NCBI GenBank assembly: GCA_030264375.1
Contig: JASCQW010000109.1
Location: forward strand, 49,014,470-49,078,469
Length of the DNA: 64,000 nucleotides
Source of the DNA: Carcharhinus longimanus
Taxonomy: Eukaryota
Reading direction: 5' to 3'
Made by a program: the position numbers and the translations under genes
Notes under the pieces: generated by a model
Told to the model about the DNA's origin: nothing
What the model saw: the letters and a program-made list of their open reading frames with translations, nothing else
Database searches by the model: none
In this document: positions 51,960 through 64,000 of the stretch, one piece after another
Numbering within the stretch: position 1 is the stretch's first letter
Layout of the letters: each line of letters begins with the position of its first letter

Positions 51960-52600
51960 TTTGTAACATCATTGTCTCAACTGGACTCACCATATAAATA
52001 CTGTTGCTACCAGAGCAGGTGAAAGGCTAGGGATCCTGCAGTGAGTAACTCACCTCCTGATTACCCAAAGCCTGTCTACCATCTACAACGCACAAGTCAG
52101 GAGTGTCATGAAATATTCTCTACTTACCTGGAGCAGGGCAGCTCCAACAACACTGAAGAAACTTGGCACCATTCAGGACAAAGTAGCCTGCTTGATTGGC
52201 ATCCTTCCCCAAGCATTCACTTCCTCCATCACCAGTGAAGTGTCTACCATCTACAAGATGCACTGCAGGAGGAACTCACCAAGGCTCTTTAGGTAGCACA
52301 TTCCAAACCAATGGCTACCAGCATCTAGAGGACAAGGGCACCTGGAAATACTGCCACCTGGATGTTCCCCACCAAACCACTCACCACCCTGACTTGGAAA
52401 TATATCGCTGTTCCTTCACAGGCGCTGGGTCAAAATCCTGAAACTACCTCCCTAACAGCACTGTGAGTATAGCTACAGTACAGTGACTTCAGTGGTTAAT
52501 GAAGATAGCTCACCAACACCTTCTCAAGGGCAATTAGGGATAAGCAACAAATGCTGGCCTAACCAGTGATGTTCACATTCCTAAATAAATCCAAAAAAAA
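51960..52600 (+). mobile_element. CR1-like LINE 3' fragment (tail shared with SacSINE1-like SINE)
   Basis: MKYSLLTWSRAAPTTLKKLGTIQDKVACLIG. Related pieces at about 3500-4030(-), 7030-7630(-), 13980-14560(-), 19270-20050(-), 54740-55060(+), 57110-57900(-), 62330-62550(+). Confidence 0.78.
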
Positions 52601-53144
52601 ATGCAGCCTGTCATTTTTGTAGGGAATTTTCCAATCTCCCTCCATATAGCCAGCTAGTTTTCTTTACTTTTTAACCTTAGAAGCCACAGGAAAATCACAC
52701 AGCCACCAAACCGATTCATGCTAATTGCAAACGGATGCTGCCAAAAGATCCTTTTACATGATTTAAACCATGGTCAGCAATTTCTTGGAAGTTCCTTCTG
52801 TTTCACAGTCAGAACTTCACCAGAAACTCCGCACAGACAGTTACTGCTGGCACTCCCGGTGATGTTTTGACAGTGAAATGGGAAGCCCCCAGGAAATTCC
52901 CAGCCCATGTGTTGCGTTTATCTGAGAATTTGTTTATTGCAATTACTCTTGAAAGGAAACAACAAAAGCAATTCATTGGAGTCAGAATTTTTTTTCCAGA
53001 TTGCTCCAGTCACTTAGCAACTGTGACAAATGGCATTTAACATCGAGAAATGGTAGTGAATTAATTTCAGTCCTAAAATAGTGCTTGTAATTACACAGCC
53101 AGGGGTATTTCATTAAACAAAGTTCACTAGGTCAAAAGATTTAC

Positions 53145-53485
53145 CATAGAATCCCTACAGAAGGAGGCCATTCAGCCCATTGAGCTTGCACCAAATCTCC
53201 AAAAGACATCTTACCCAGGATCCCCCCTCCGCTATCACCCCACACATGCCTATGGCTAATCCACCAAACTGATACATCTTTGGACACTAAAGGGCAATTT
53301 AGCATGGCCAATCCATCTAACCTGCACATTTTTGGGCTGTGGATGGAAACCAAAGTATTCAGAGGAAATACGTGCAAACATGGGGAGAAAGTGCAGACTC
53401 CACACAGTCAACTAAGGCTGGAATTGAACCCAGGTCCCTGGCACTGTGAGGCAGCAGTGCTCACCACTGTGCCACCATGCTACCC
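53145..53485 (-). mobile_element. HE1-type SINE
   Basis: Reverse-complement head, V-domain and tail. Confidence 0.82.
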
Positions 53486-54317
53486 GTGCCTCGTGCGTTT
53501 CAATGTTCAACACCACTTTGCCAGAAATTATCAATTACCAAGGTGCAGTCAATGAACTGGTTGGCTTATAATGCAAAGATTAAAGCTTGACTGTGGTCAC
53601 ATTTTAAATGTTATCCATTCCTGGACACAACAATTATAAAATGACATGTTTGTATCAAACGTTGTTAACCTAAGAAAGTGTTGAATGAGACGAGCATATT
53701 GATCCCACCAAACACATTCTTCTAAAGGCCACAATTGTTAATCTCCAATGTTAACTCCATCCATTTCATCTCACGATTACACAGGTTGACTATCCTACAA
53801 ACTTTCTTTCTGGTCTCCACAGGTGAAGGTCCAGCATACTCATCTCATATTACTTCTATGGCTGTCTTTCCTGGTATAATATTTGCACAGATCAGGACTC
53901 AAAGAAGAGCAATTAATGTAAACTTGTTTCAAGGAATGCTGACAGAGNNNNNNNNNNNNNNNNNNNNNNNNNNNNNNNNNNNNNNNNNNNNNNNNNNNNN
54001 NNNNNNNNNNNNNNNNNNNNNNNNNNNNNNNNNNNNNNNNNNNNNNNTAAACTTGTTTCAAGGAATGCTGACAGAGATTTAGTGAATCTTTTCCTGAGGT
54101 TATTCCAGATTCATCACCTTAAAATGAAAATCACAATGAAACATCCATTTTAAATCATTTTGAAATCATTGCAAAAAAAAATGATGAATGGCATTTTTCC
54201 CTGCCAACATTAACATCATACCTTAGACTTATAATATGGCTAGTTTCACTTATGGAGACTTTGTCCCTTTGTTGCAATAAACCCAATCTTAAATAGCAGT
54301 TTAATTGGATTTGTGCA

Positions 54318-54720
54318 GTCTTCTTCTTGAAAGGCGGTGCCTCAGAGTCGAGGATGACTTGCTTCCAAACTAAAAATGAATTCTCAGGTGACTGATGAGT
54401 CCAATGTGAGACCTAAAGTCTCTGTCACAGGTGGGGCAGACAGTGTATGGAGGAGTGGGTGGGAGGAGTGATGGGTTGCCATGCGGGCCTTCCTCTGTCA
54501 ATGCTTCAGCTTGCTCTTGGCGATGAAACTCAAGGCATTCAGCTCTATCCTGATGCTTTTTCTCCATTTCGGGCAGTCTTCGGCCAGGGAATCCCAGGCA
54601 TTAGTGAGGATGTTGCGTTTTTTCAAGGAGGCGTTGAGGGTGTCCATGAAGTGTTTCCCCTGCCTTCCTCGGGCTCATTTGCCATGTAGAAGTTCCAAAT
54701 AAAGTGCTTGTAGAGCAGCA
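54318..54720 (-). mobile_element. RTE-clade LINE 3' end
   Basis: C-terminal CPTCDRDFRSHIGLISHLRIH zinc finger, degenerate GKHFMDTLNASLKKRNI, short 3' UTR ending in (GAA)n. Confidence 0.8.
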
Positions 54721-55893
54721 ACTGATCAAGTTGTAGTGCAGCAACTGATCAGTCACCTTCCAAACTCGTGACCCTATTACCGAGAAGAACAAGGGCAACA
54801 GACACATGAGAACACTGTCACCTACAAGTTCCTCTCCAAGTCCCTCACCATCCTGGAAATATATCCCCGTTCCTTCACTGCCGCTGGGTCAAAATCCTGG
54901 AACTGGCTCCCTAACAGCACTGTGGGTGTATCTATACCAAAGATACTGCCTTGGCTTAAGAAGACAGCTCATCAGCATCTTCTCAAGGGCAGTTGGAAAT
55001 GGGCAGTAAATGCTGGCCCTGTGAGTGACGCCCACATGCTGTGAAAGAATTTTTAAAAATGCATCAAGTGATCAGTAGGGAATATGTGGGTAGTAGTTCA
55101 CTGCAGTGCTCATTTATGAGAGCATGAAGAGAAGGTAATTTTTCTGTTAGCAAGTAAATAGATTGGCTGTACTCCTTTCTGTGGCACTTTAGATGGTGGG
55201 CTAGTGTGTAGGCTGCTAAAAAAAAGCCTTTACTCCAACATCAAGCAACATTGTGGTCATCTTGGAGGTGGAATATTTTAATCAAACAGCTATTGACACC
55301 TGCAGAAATTCAGTATTAAAATCCATAATAAGTATAATCATGGCATAAAGCATGTAATTTGTGCTTCCTTTACAAATCAAAATACTATGTTAAGAAGGAA
55401 TTCAATTGTGACAGATTATATTTAATATGAGTAATCTAATCATAGACTTTTCCATTACTTCTTGTCTGGACGCTCATCTTCCTGGTTAATGTGTTTGCAT
55501 TCTGCATATGCAAGCAATAGGATATAATAAATGTGGATTGTAATTCTGAAAAATATCTCCATTATAATGTATTGTGAGCTTGATTCAGTGCCATATCTGT
55601 GGCACCAATGCAAAGGCAATTACTTTCATTGTGTTATGGTAAGTCCTCACTATAAGTTCCCTGTTTTCATTTGAATGTTGTGTTTTTAATGAGACCTGAT
55701 TCATGTTGTGTATTCACACTAACCTTGTTTCGCATCGGATACAAAATAGGGCTGCATGCCTGATCGCCACCATTTTGTGCGGCCTCACCCTCTCCCTGAC
55801 CCTCTGGCTTCCCGATCCTTCTGCTGGCCACTGCCATCCTGACCCTGAAACTTCCTGCTCCCGACTTTCTCACTCGTCATCCTCCTCCCAGTG

Positions 55894-55962
55894 TTTAACC
55901 TGGTGTTGTGAGACTATTTACTGTGCCTACCCCAGTCCAATGCCAGCAACTCCACATCATGG
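55894..55962 (+). mobile_element. Penelope pLTR 3' tip
   Basis: TTTAACCTGGTGTTGTGAGACT...CCCCAGTCCAATGCCAGCAACTCCACATC, reverse complement of about 11979-12045. Confidence 0.7.
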
Positions 55963-58900
55963 CTCCTCCTGGTCATCACCTCTCCAGCTTACCTCCGCGA
56001 CACTGCAACTCGAAAATGCTCTCACTCCATAAGGTTGCTTTCTGCCTCTCATCCCTCGAGTCTTCACTGAGAGGGTCGGCGAGCAGGAGGGTCAGGAGCA
56101 GGAGGGTTGGCCAATGGGTGGGTGGTGAGTGGACGAGGTGGCTGGCAGAAGCATTGAGATGGGAGAGATGGGCAGAGGGAAGGTTGCTCAGGAGTGGACA
56201 GGTTGAGGAGTTGGAAGATTGGGGAGCAAGATACGTGGTGAGTCAAAGGGTCAGAGAGTGGGGGAGAGGGAGTCAGTGGGAGGTAAATAGAAACTATTTG
56301 CATATTTCTTTCTATTTTTAATTTATTTTATTTTAGAAGTTACTTCATTTAGAAATATAGTAATTTTGCAATATAGAGTATTTCATCTTACAATGTTTGA
56401 TGTTTTCAGAGTTTTTTTCGATGGGAAAAGACTTACAGGACCAATCCAAAGCTTTTGCATTGGTTGAAGTGGGAAAACCTGATTCACTCAACATTGGCTC
56501 ACTTGAAGGTGCACTTTTCAGGAACACAATTACAAGTTAAACGAGGAAGTACTCAAAGTACTGTTGCATATGCTGGGAATGTGGGCAGGGGATCTAAAAC
56601 TTGGGAAGGACTCAGGCATGAAGATAAGCCTTGTTTGTGCACATCCACGTATGCGTGCTTCCAAACCAGCAGCAGAAATCTGGAACACTCCCTTCTGCCT
56701 CAGGAGCTGAGGCTAGTTTAGCACCCTGGTTGCTATTGTCTCTCTTGAGACCTCAGGTCGAGCAGCTCTCTGATCAGAATCCTTCAGTTCTCCAATGGAT
56801 AAACTCCCTTACCCTTACCTGGATGGTGCGGCCAATGGTAGAGCCCTTACAGATGCCCCAATTAAGATCAGATAACTCTGCATCAAATGGGAGTCAAACC
56901 AGGGAATGTTTAGATTGTTGTGAAGCAAATGGTGACTTTAGCTTAGATTTGCCAATTGGTGAAAACAATGTAACGTATAGTAGAAAATCTCTCAAATCAT
57001 TTCAAACCTTTGTGAAGGGTCAATAATGTAAAATACCGACCTGTATCTTATGTAACCAAGTGTTATTGTTCCCTCATTTCTGTTTCTCTGGAAGCTAGAC
57101 TTTGAGTATGTCTATTCTTGGAATGTGGGCATCGTTGGCCACTTGAAGGTAATGGTGAGTCATCTTCTTGAACCACAGTAGCCCAATTAATGTAGGTACA
57201 CTCATAGTGCTGCTTGGGAGAAAGTCCAGGATTATGATCCAGTGACAGTGAAAGAGTGGCAATATACCTCCAAGTCAGGATGGTGTTTGAGGGAAATTTG
57301 CAGCTGGTGGTGTCCCCGTGCTTCTGATGCCCTTGTCCTTCTATGGATTAGAGTGCTCATCAAGCAAGCTACTTTGTCCTGGATAGTGTTGAGCTTCTTG
57401 AATGTTGTTGAAACTGCACTTATCCAGACAATTGAGTCACGAGTATTCCATTATATTCCTGGCTTATGTCTTGAATATGATGGACAGGTTTTGGGGAGTC
57501 AAGAGGCGAATTACTCGCTGCAGAATTCCAAGCTTCTGGCCTGTTCTTGTAGCCAGCATATTTACATGGCTAGTCTAGTACAGTTTTTGACCATAGTTAC
57601 CCCTGTGGGGATTTCAATGATGGTAATGCCACTGTGTAGAAAGGAGATGGGTGGATCCTCTCATGTTGGGGATGGTCATTAGCTGGCATTTGTGTGGCAT
57701 GAATATTACCTGTCACTTATCAGCCCAAGCTTGAATGTTGTTCAGGTCTTGCTGCATGCAGACATGGATTGCTTCAGTACCTGAGGAGTTGGGAATGGTA
57801 TTGAACATGGTTCAACAAAAAACCCCTACCTCTGACTCATGATGGAGGAAAAGTCATGTATGTACGACTGATGATGGTTGGGCCGAGAACACTACCAAGT
57901 GAACAAGATTCCCTTGCTCAAGACCATAAACAGAAATAATTCCTTTCTTTCAATACGCAGCCTGTTTGTGCGGGTAGCTCTGGATAATGCAAGTAACTGC
58001 TTGGTTTGCTGATAGCCATCTTTCTTCATTTAATGCAGTTCAATGTGCCAGCACCCTGTGACCCAGGGGAGCCAGTTTCAAGTTGGTGTCTATCTTCTAT
58101 GGCAGCATTTCAAGACATAAGCTGTATATTGATGTGGGGTACATTAATTCACCATGTAATCATTGAGCGAACGTCTGAAATACTGAAGGATTTAAAGTGC
58201 AGGCTTAAGGGGCCAAATGGCCTACTCCTGCCCCTAACTCATATGTATGTTTGTTTGTAAGAACATGAATTGATTTGGGGCAAACAGCAATATAGTCTGG
58301 CTGGGACCCTAAAAATCATAGTACTATTGTTGCATTCAGTTGAAATATTTTTGTCATCAGTCAACAACCTTTTCTGGTTTCATGTTTTAATGTTATGCTG
58401 AGGTTGAGTAGAGTCAATGCTTTATATGACACCTCTGTTTTTAAATTAACTTTATTTGGATCAAGATACTTGAGACCTATAAATCTGTGGTACAATCAAT
58501 GGGAATCTCTGTGAAGCGCCAGAGTATCCTTTCTTTCACCCATTTGAAATGTCATTTCTGCAAATTGGATCGCGTTTCAGTCAGCAAATCATTTCGTTCT
58601 CAGAGAAACAGCTAAAGAAAATGACTGAGAGAATGTTGTCAGCGCAGGTCTTCTCTGGGTCGGCCATTGGAAGGAGAACATTTTATTCCACCACATGACT
58701 AAGTTTGCACTGCAATGCCAAGCAATCCTGTGGAGTAATGGAATGCATGTCGCTAATCTTGATGAACCTATTGAGCTATGACAGCAAGCGCATGGGTTTA
58801 CCATGTGGAATCAGGGAGGTTAATTCCCAGCCTGGCTGGTATTGGCCCGGGGACTGAATCACTGGCTGTCTTCTCATCTGTGGTTGCTGAGTGACATTGA

Positions 58901-59692
58901 GCAAGAAGAACTAGAGGAGGAAATATTTACACATTGCCCATAATCCTATAAAGGGGATGGGTTGGTGAAATGAGTATTTGGTTGTCTTACTGAAACTCTT
59001 GTGCCGGACGATTGGTAAATTCTGACTTCTCGCATTTTGTTGCATTTACTGTCTTCAGTCTCCACAAACCATTCGTCCTTTGGCTGGGTATTGCTCTTTT
59101 GGGGACGTTTGTTTTCATGTCCATTGGGAATTAATTGTTTTTGAAAACCATTTGTTTAAAACCATTTCTGACATACATAATGAAGAAACATTAATGTCAT
59201 AAAACATCTCTCTTTTCATATCACACCCTTGTTGTCCACGGGTTGCTGATCATGGCTAATGCCATGATATCACTGAGGTCTGACAACACACAGTTGTGTG
59301 GAAATTACTGAGAATGAAATCTTTTTTTGTCTGTCTTGGAATGACTACTCAGAGCTCATCAACATTAATCAAGCAAAGATGGAGAATTAAGGTGATTTGT
59401 GAATCTACAATCTCCCTCCTAGTGGCATTGAGTTGCAAACCAACATATGTCTTAAACCGATTAAACAGTCAGCTAATCTGGATAGGCAAGAGACATTGCC
59501 GCTGTTTATAAAAATGTTCTTTAATCTCCTGGAAACCCATGGAATATTTTTCATTTAATTTGGGGCATAGTAGGAAAGGTAGTTTATAACAGTGTAAATT
59601 TTTTATGGATTTCTGAATTCAGTAGGTTTTTCCAGCAACTCGATCATTATTAAAAGGGAAATCCAATTTCTCTCCAATAATTCAAAATATTG

Positions 59693-61614
59693 TGTTATAA
59701 TCCAGGTCAGCAACTCCAAGATGTTTTATGGAGTCAGCCGAGATCATGGGTTTTGTACTTTGAAGTTTGGCATAGGCAAGCATAAAGGGGAAAGTTCTCC
59801 AAGCCGGCAGTGCGGAGCTGTATAATTGACGGTAACTCTCACTTGAATATATTTTACATGTAATTAGCGGGCCCAGGACTGTGTCTCCAGGCCCGCTAGA
59901 GTCTCCCTCCACTACCAGGACTGTTTCACTCAAGCGGCATTTACAATAGCTCCCCACTTGCAGGGAGCTGACGACCAGACCCCGCTGATGTGAAGGGGGG
60001 CCATCGGGGTCCCCCAGGAGATCAGGGGTAAGGGGGGAATCCCCTGGACATTGCCAGCTTCCGAGTGCCAGCCTGGCCTCCCAGCACTGCCCAAAAGGCA
60101 AAGTGGCAATGACCAAGGGGGAACCTTCACACTGCCTACCAGCATTGGGCAATGCCGAGGGGGCGAGGCCAAATGGGAGCAGGGCCTATAGGGGCAGGGT
60201 CTCTTGGGGAAGATCAGTGGGGGTCTTGTTGCCACTCTGAACTCGGCAGTGACAGAGGGAGGGAGGATAGCGATCGGGGCTGGAAATTGGGGTGAGGAGG
60301 GTGGTTGACCTCCTGGGAGTTGGAGCTGTTGGGGGGGATTTGGGCTGTCAGAAGAGTTTGGGGGGTGTTGATCGGGAGGTCGGGATTGCCGGGTTGGGGT
60401 GTTGGAGATTGAAATGGGCTAGGGGTAGTGGGGGGTGTCGAGGCTGGCCTGGACACATCCAGGAGGCCAGCGATCGGCCTATAGAAGGGTCGGAGGGGGA
60501 GCGTTGCTGTGCTGGCCAGTAATCGAGCTGACCAATGATTGGGAGCTTGGCAGTGCAGGGCTACTGCGCATGCACTGATCTCAACGCTGACAGATCGGCG
60601 CAAGTGCAGTGACCCACTCAGCACTATGCTGCCAGCCTCTCCAGCAGGAGTAGGCCCCAACGCTTGAATCACGTTGGTGCACTCTGCAGTGCACAGAGTG
60701 TGGGAGATTCAGTTTGAAAATCCTACTCATAAAACCAGCGGGATTTCCTCCAGTTTTCACATGATTTTGACACTTGGAATTTTTTGGGGAGGATCGGCTC
60801 CAAGATATTTCACTTAGGTATGATTCAAATTACCCACTAGGGAGCTTTTGGCTAACAAAGTTTAATTAAGAATACAGTTAACATATAATAAGACAATTCA
60901 CAATAAGCTTCACCAATTATAAACAAAAAGAAAAAACAACCATGTTATTGTGTAAACCTTAACATCTATGAATATTGTTCCAACACAAGCACCCCTACAA
61001 AGATACACCCCCATTCCAGACTTAACACAAAATGTAATTATACTCATGTGATGCTGGATCTTGCAGCTTTGCAACACCTGCTTTGGCTTAGTCCTTTGGA
61101 TGGAGAATTGAAACTCTGACTTCCCCAACTTGGAGTTCCCAGAAGACCTTGATGTAGAGATAGAGCCACTGCTCTCCTCTAACTTTTAGACAACAAACCA
61201 CTTCAAGAGATAGAGGCTTTCCTTGCCTCGAGTTACTAACTAGCCAGCCAGCCACCAAGAACTAAAGTTTTAATACCAGTGAGATACCCAGAAACATACT
61301 TGCTGGCAGTCTGGAGTCAGCTTCTAACTAGCTAAACTGAAAGTGAATTCTTAGATTCCTATGTGAAGGATCTGACCGTAACTTGTTAACCAATCTTCCC
61401 CCAACAATCCAGAAGGGTTGTAAAACTTGTAAAATTCCAGGACAATGCATTAGGCCCAAGTTAAAAATAAACATTGCTGCATTATCCTGTTACAACAACC
61501 ATAAAAGGTACTGGTACAGACAGGATGGCAACAAGCACAAAAGACCAGGCCTCTTAAGAGAACTGCTGGGGAACATGATTAAAATAAATTCCTTAAAGAT
61601 ACAGTCGCATCACA
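59693..61614 (-). mobile_element. Gypsy-type solo LTR, interrupted, with 4-bp TSD ATTG
   Basis: TGTTAT...ATCACA termini; ATTG at 59689-59692 and 61615-61618. Confidence 0.68.
59787..60801. mobile_element. GC-rich Harbinger-type non-autonomous DNA element inside a solo LTR
   Basis: Degenerate TIRs (GGGAAAGTTCTCC...GGAGGATCGGCTCC). Internal motifs shared with about 8175-8485, 25690-26385, 29511-29900, 49360-50000. Confidence 0.6.
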
Positions 61615-63570
61615 ATTGCCTAATCCTGAACCAGGAAGGTTCCCACTTCAATCATTGATCTGCTAGCAGATCTCAGCTGTGGTCTTGGTGGAAATTTTAT
61701 TCGGTGTCTGTTTCCCAACATAGGAAAGAGGGAGAGAAAGAATCAGACAGATGCTTGCTCCTGATTGACTGATGGTTTATTCCCCAATAGTTTAGTTGCC
61801 AAAGGGCAAGTTTTTTTTGATTTTCAGTAAGGATTATAATTGGCCTTAGTTATAATATTCCCGCAGTTGAATTATCTGCAGATATAGCCTGTCTGGGCAT
61901 ATGGGTGATAAATAGTCAATTGGACAAGATGACTCTTGAACCATGAGTCACTGCATTCAGGAGAGGAAAAGAGAAATTGAGGTGGATTCGTTACATGGGA
62001 GGCCAGGCCTCACAAGCTAACACCTTCTCGGGACATGGTCTGACTTCTCTGTTCTCTAACTCTGTTCCAATCTTCTCAGTTCTCCTTTAAAATCCTTGTT
62101 GTCTACTGTTTCCCAAACCCACTGAGTATTTCTTTACATATTATCCTTTCTTTCTTCTCTTAGCCTCCACACTGAGTGAATCCTCATCATCATTGATTCC
62201 GTCTTTCATCTCAACCATGCTTGCCTTTGCCATCTTGGAACTCAATACCTCCTGCGCTCTCTACAAATGTCCTTCCATTTTAACTCTTCTACCTATATTT
62301 ATAGTCATCCCCTCAATTGTCCCATCTTAACCACTACCACCTTCAAGTTCCCCTGCAATGCACATCACACGGATTTGGAACTATATCAACATTCCTCCCT
62401 TGTTGCTGAGTCAAAACCCTGGAACTTCCTTCCTAACAGCGCTGTGGGTGTACTTACGTCACATGAACTGCAATCGTTCAAGCAGTTGGCTCACTACCAT
62501 CTTCTCAAGGGCAAATAGGGACAGGCAACAAATACTGGCCTTGCCAGCAATTTGAGACAGAGCAGGTCTTTGTGTTTGGATGAGAGGCCATCATAATGCA
62601 TTGATGGGTTGATAAGATCCATTTCACATTTGTCACATGCCCACTTTTTTGTCCCTGGTGAAACATGAGTTTGAGCTGTCTGCAGACCCCATTGTCAAAA
62701 GTGTGAATTTTACAAGTGGCTGTGAATTTCCTTCACTCAAGTCCATATTTAATCAGGTATTGCCACAAGCTCCATGCTGTATCCATCTTAAAAACTTTAA
62801 TGTTCACTTTTCAAAATGTAGCATTAAAATATTTAATATTGTCATGCCTGTGCTGAGCACTCTTTCTTCACATCACTCATCCCTTCAGCATTCTTCAATA
62901 CATCTTTCCCTCGGAAAAGCTCTTAAATTGTTTAAAACTGCATTTTCAAATTTGTAACACATGAACTGTTATTACGAAGATTCAGACTTGAATAGAATAA
63001 TTAATGACGCTGACAAAGACATCGAATCAAAAAAAATTCAAACTAATTTGATTGAACTGTGTTTTAAAATGACAAGGATATGCACAGCATTTTGATAGCT
63101 GATGAACTGGTGAATAATTGTACAGAACCAATCAGTAAAAAACAATATTTTCAAAGTATTTCTTTCAATTCATTTGTGTCTTCATTTTATAAAAACTCCA
63201 AAGAAGCTGAATCCTCTCAATCCACTTCACGTTTTATCTTTTAAACTACAGGAAAGCTGGTTGTTTTCACCCAGCTCTCTGTATTACTTCAAAATATGAG
63301 ATCAAAATTTCCCACAATCGCCTGTAAGATATCCACAAAGCTTAATATTGCACACAGCCTTGCTCTTCAATCTCTAATCCACAGTATGACTGGCACTTTC
63401 CCTCCAGCTCTCTGCTTTATCTGAACCAGGAGACTAAAAGGTTACACATTTCCTGAATGATACTCGCAAGCTTTCCTCTTACCCAGTCCAGCTGGTCCCT
63501 TCCAATTCCTGGTAATACCTAAATTGCTGGCATCCATCGATACGACAATCTGTAATGTTGTAACATGTTC

Positions 63571-63674
63571 TAACATAACGTGTTATGTTATAACACGTAT
63601 AACGCATTTGTTATACGTGTGTACATTTGAACACATGTATAACAAAGGACACCTTTGTTATACATGTGTTCAAA
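63571..63674. repeat. Cluster of three perfect inverted repeats
   Basis: Arms of 9 bp (63571-63590), 11 bp (63593-63620) and 23 bp (63626-63674). Confidence 0.92.
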
Positions 63675-64000
63675 CCTTGTGGTGATCAGGGATTAGTCAC
63701 TGTATGGTTAATTGTGTAAGAGATCAAGGTGGTGTCACCCGTCTTGGACAGAGTTTCGATGAATTGTTTCAAAATCTCCCTTCTAATTTTACAAGACACC
63801 CAAAGAGGCCTCCCATTTATGACGATATCTTGTCTTTAAGAAATGTATTTTAATCGTCTTTTTCTGCAGGATGATTCAAGCAGTTTCTGGTATTTTGTCA
63901 GAGCCAATTTGTCTGCAGCCAATATCCTCTATTGTTACTGAAGCAGTTTAACTCATGACCGGAATTTTATCTCCCCCCCCCCCCCGCCCCAACTACTTGA

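Noticed and set aside
53919-54076. 29-bp exact direct repeat on both sides of a 100-N gap
   Set aside because: Typical unmerged contig overlap, not a biological repeat or CRISPR array.
1-64000. Prokaryotic-type systems (CRISPR, operons, defence loci)
   Set aside because: The sequence is spliced vertebrate genomic DNA; no spacer-repeat arrays or dense intact ORFs are present.

Overview
AT-rich, CpG-poor, repeat-dense eukaryotic genomic DNA, most likely from a shark (inferred from HE1-type V-SINEs, SacSINE1-type DeuSINEs and HER1/CR1 LINE tails). The only intact host coding sequence I can support is five consecutive + strand internal exons of INTS2 (Integrator subunit 2; 12958-20946) with GT-AG sites and consistent phases. 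I could not find the neighbouring INTS2 exons by eye. The rest is decayed mobile DNA: about 12 HE1 SINEs, DeuSINEs, CR1/L2/Rex1/RTE/Vingi LINE pieces, Penelope-like elements with minimal hammerhead ribozyme motifs, PIF/Harbinger elements and MITEs, and solo LTRs. There is also a histone H2B pseudogene and eight assembly gaps. Most ORFs in the supplied track are spurious or TE-derived. I see no clearly novel biological system. The best leads are inverted hammerhead-bearing Penelope termini, an H2B pseudogene abutting a Penelope terminus, a nested Vingi insertion, an orphan micro-exon candidate and a cluster of perfect palindromes. Family assignments come from recalled consensus motifs, not database searches, and TE boundaries are approximate.
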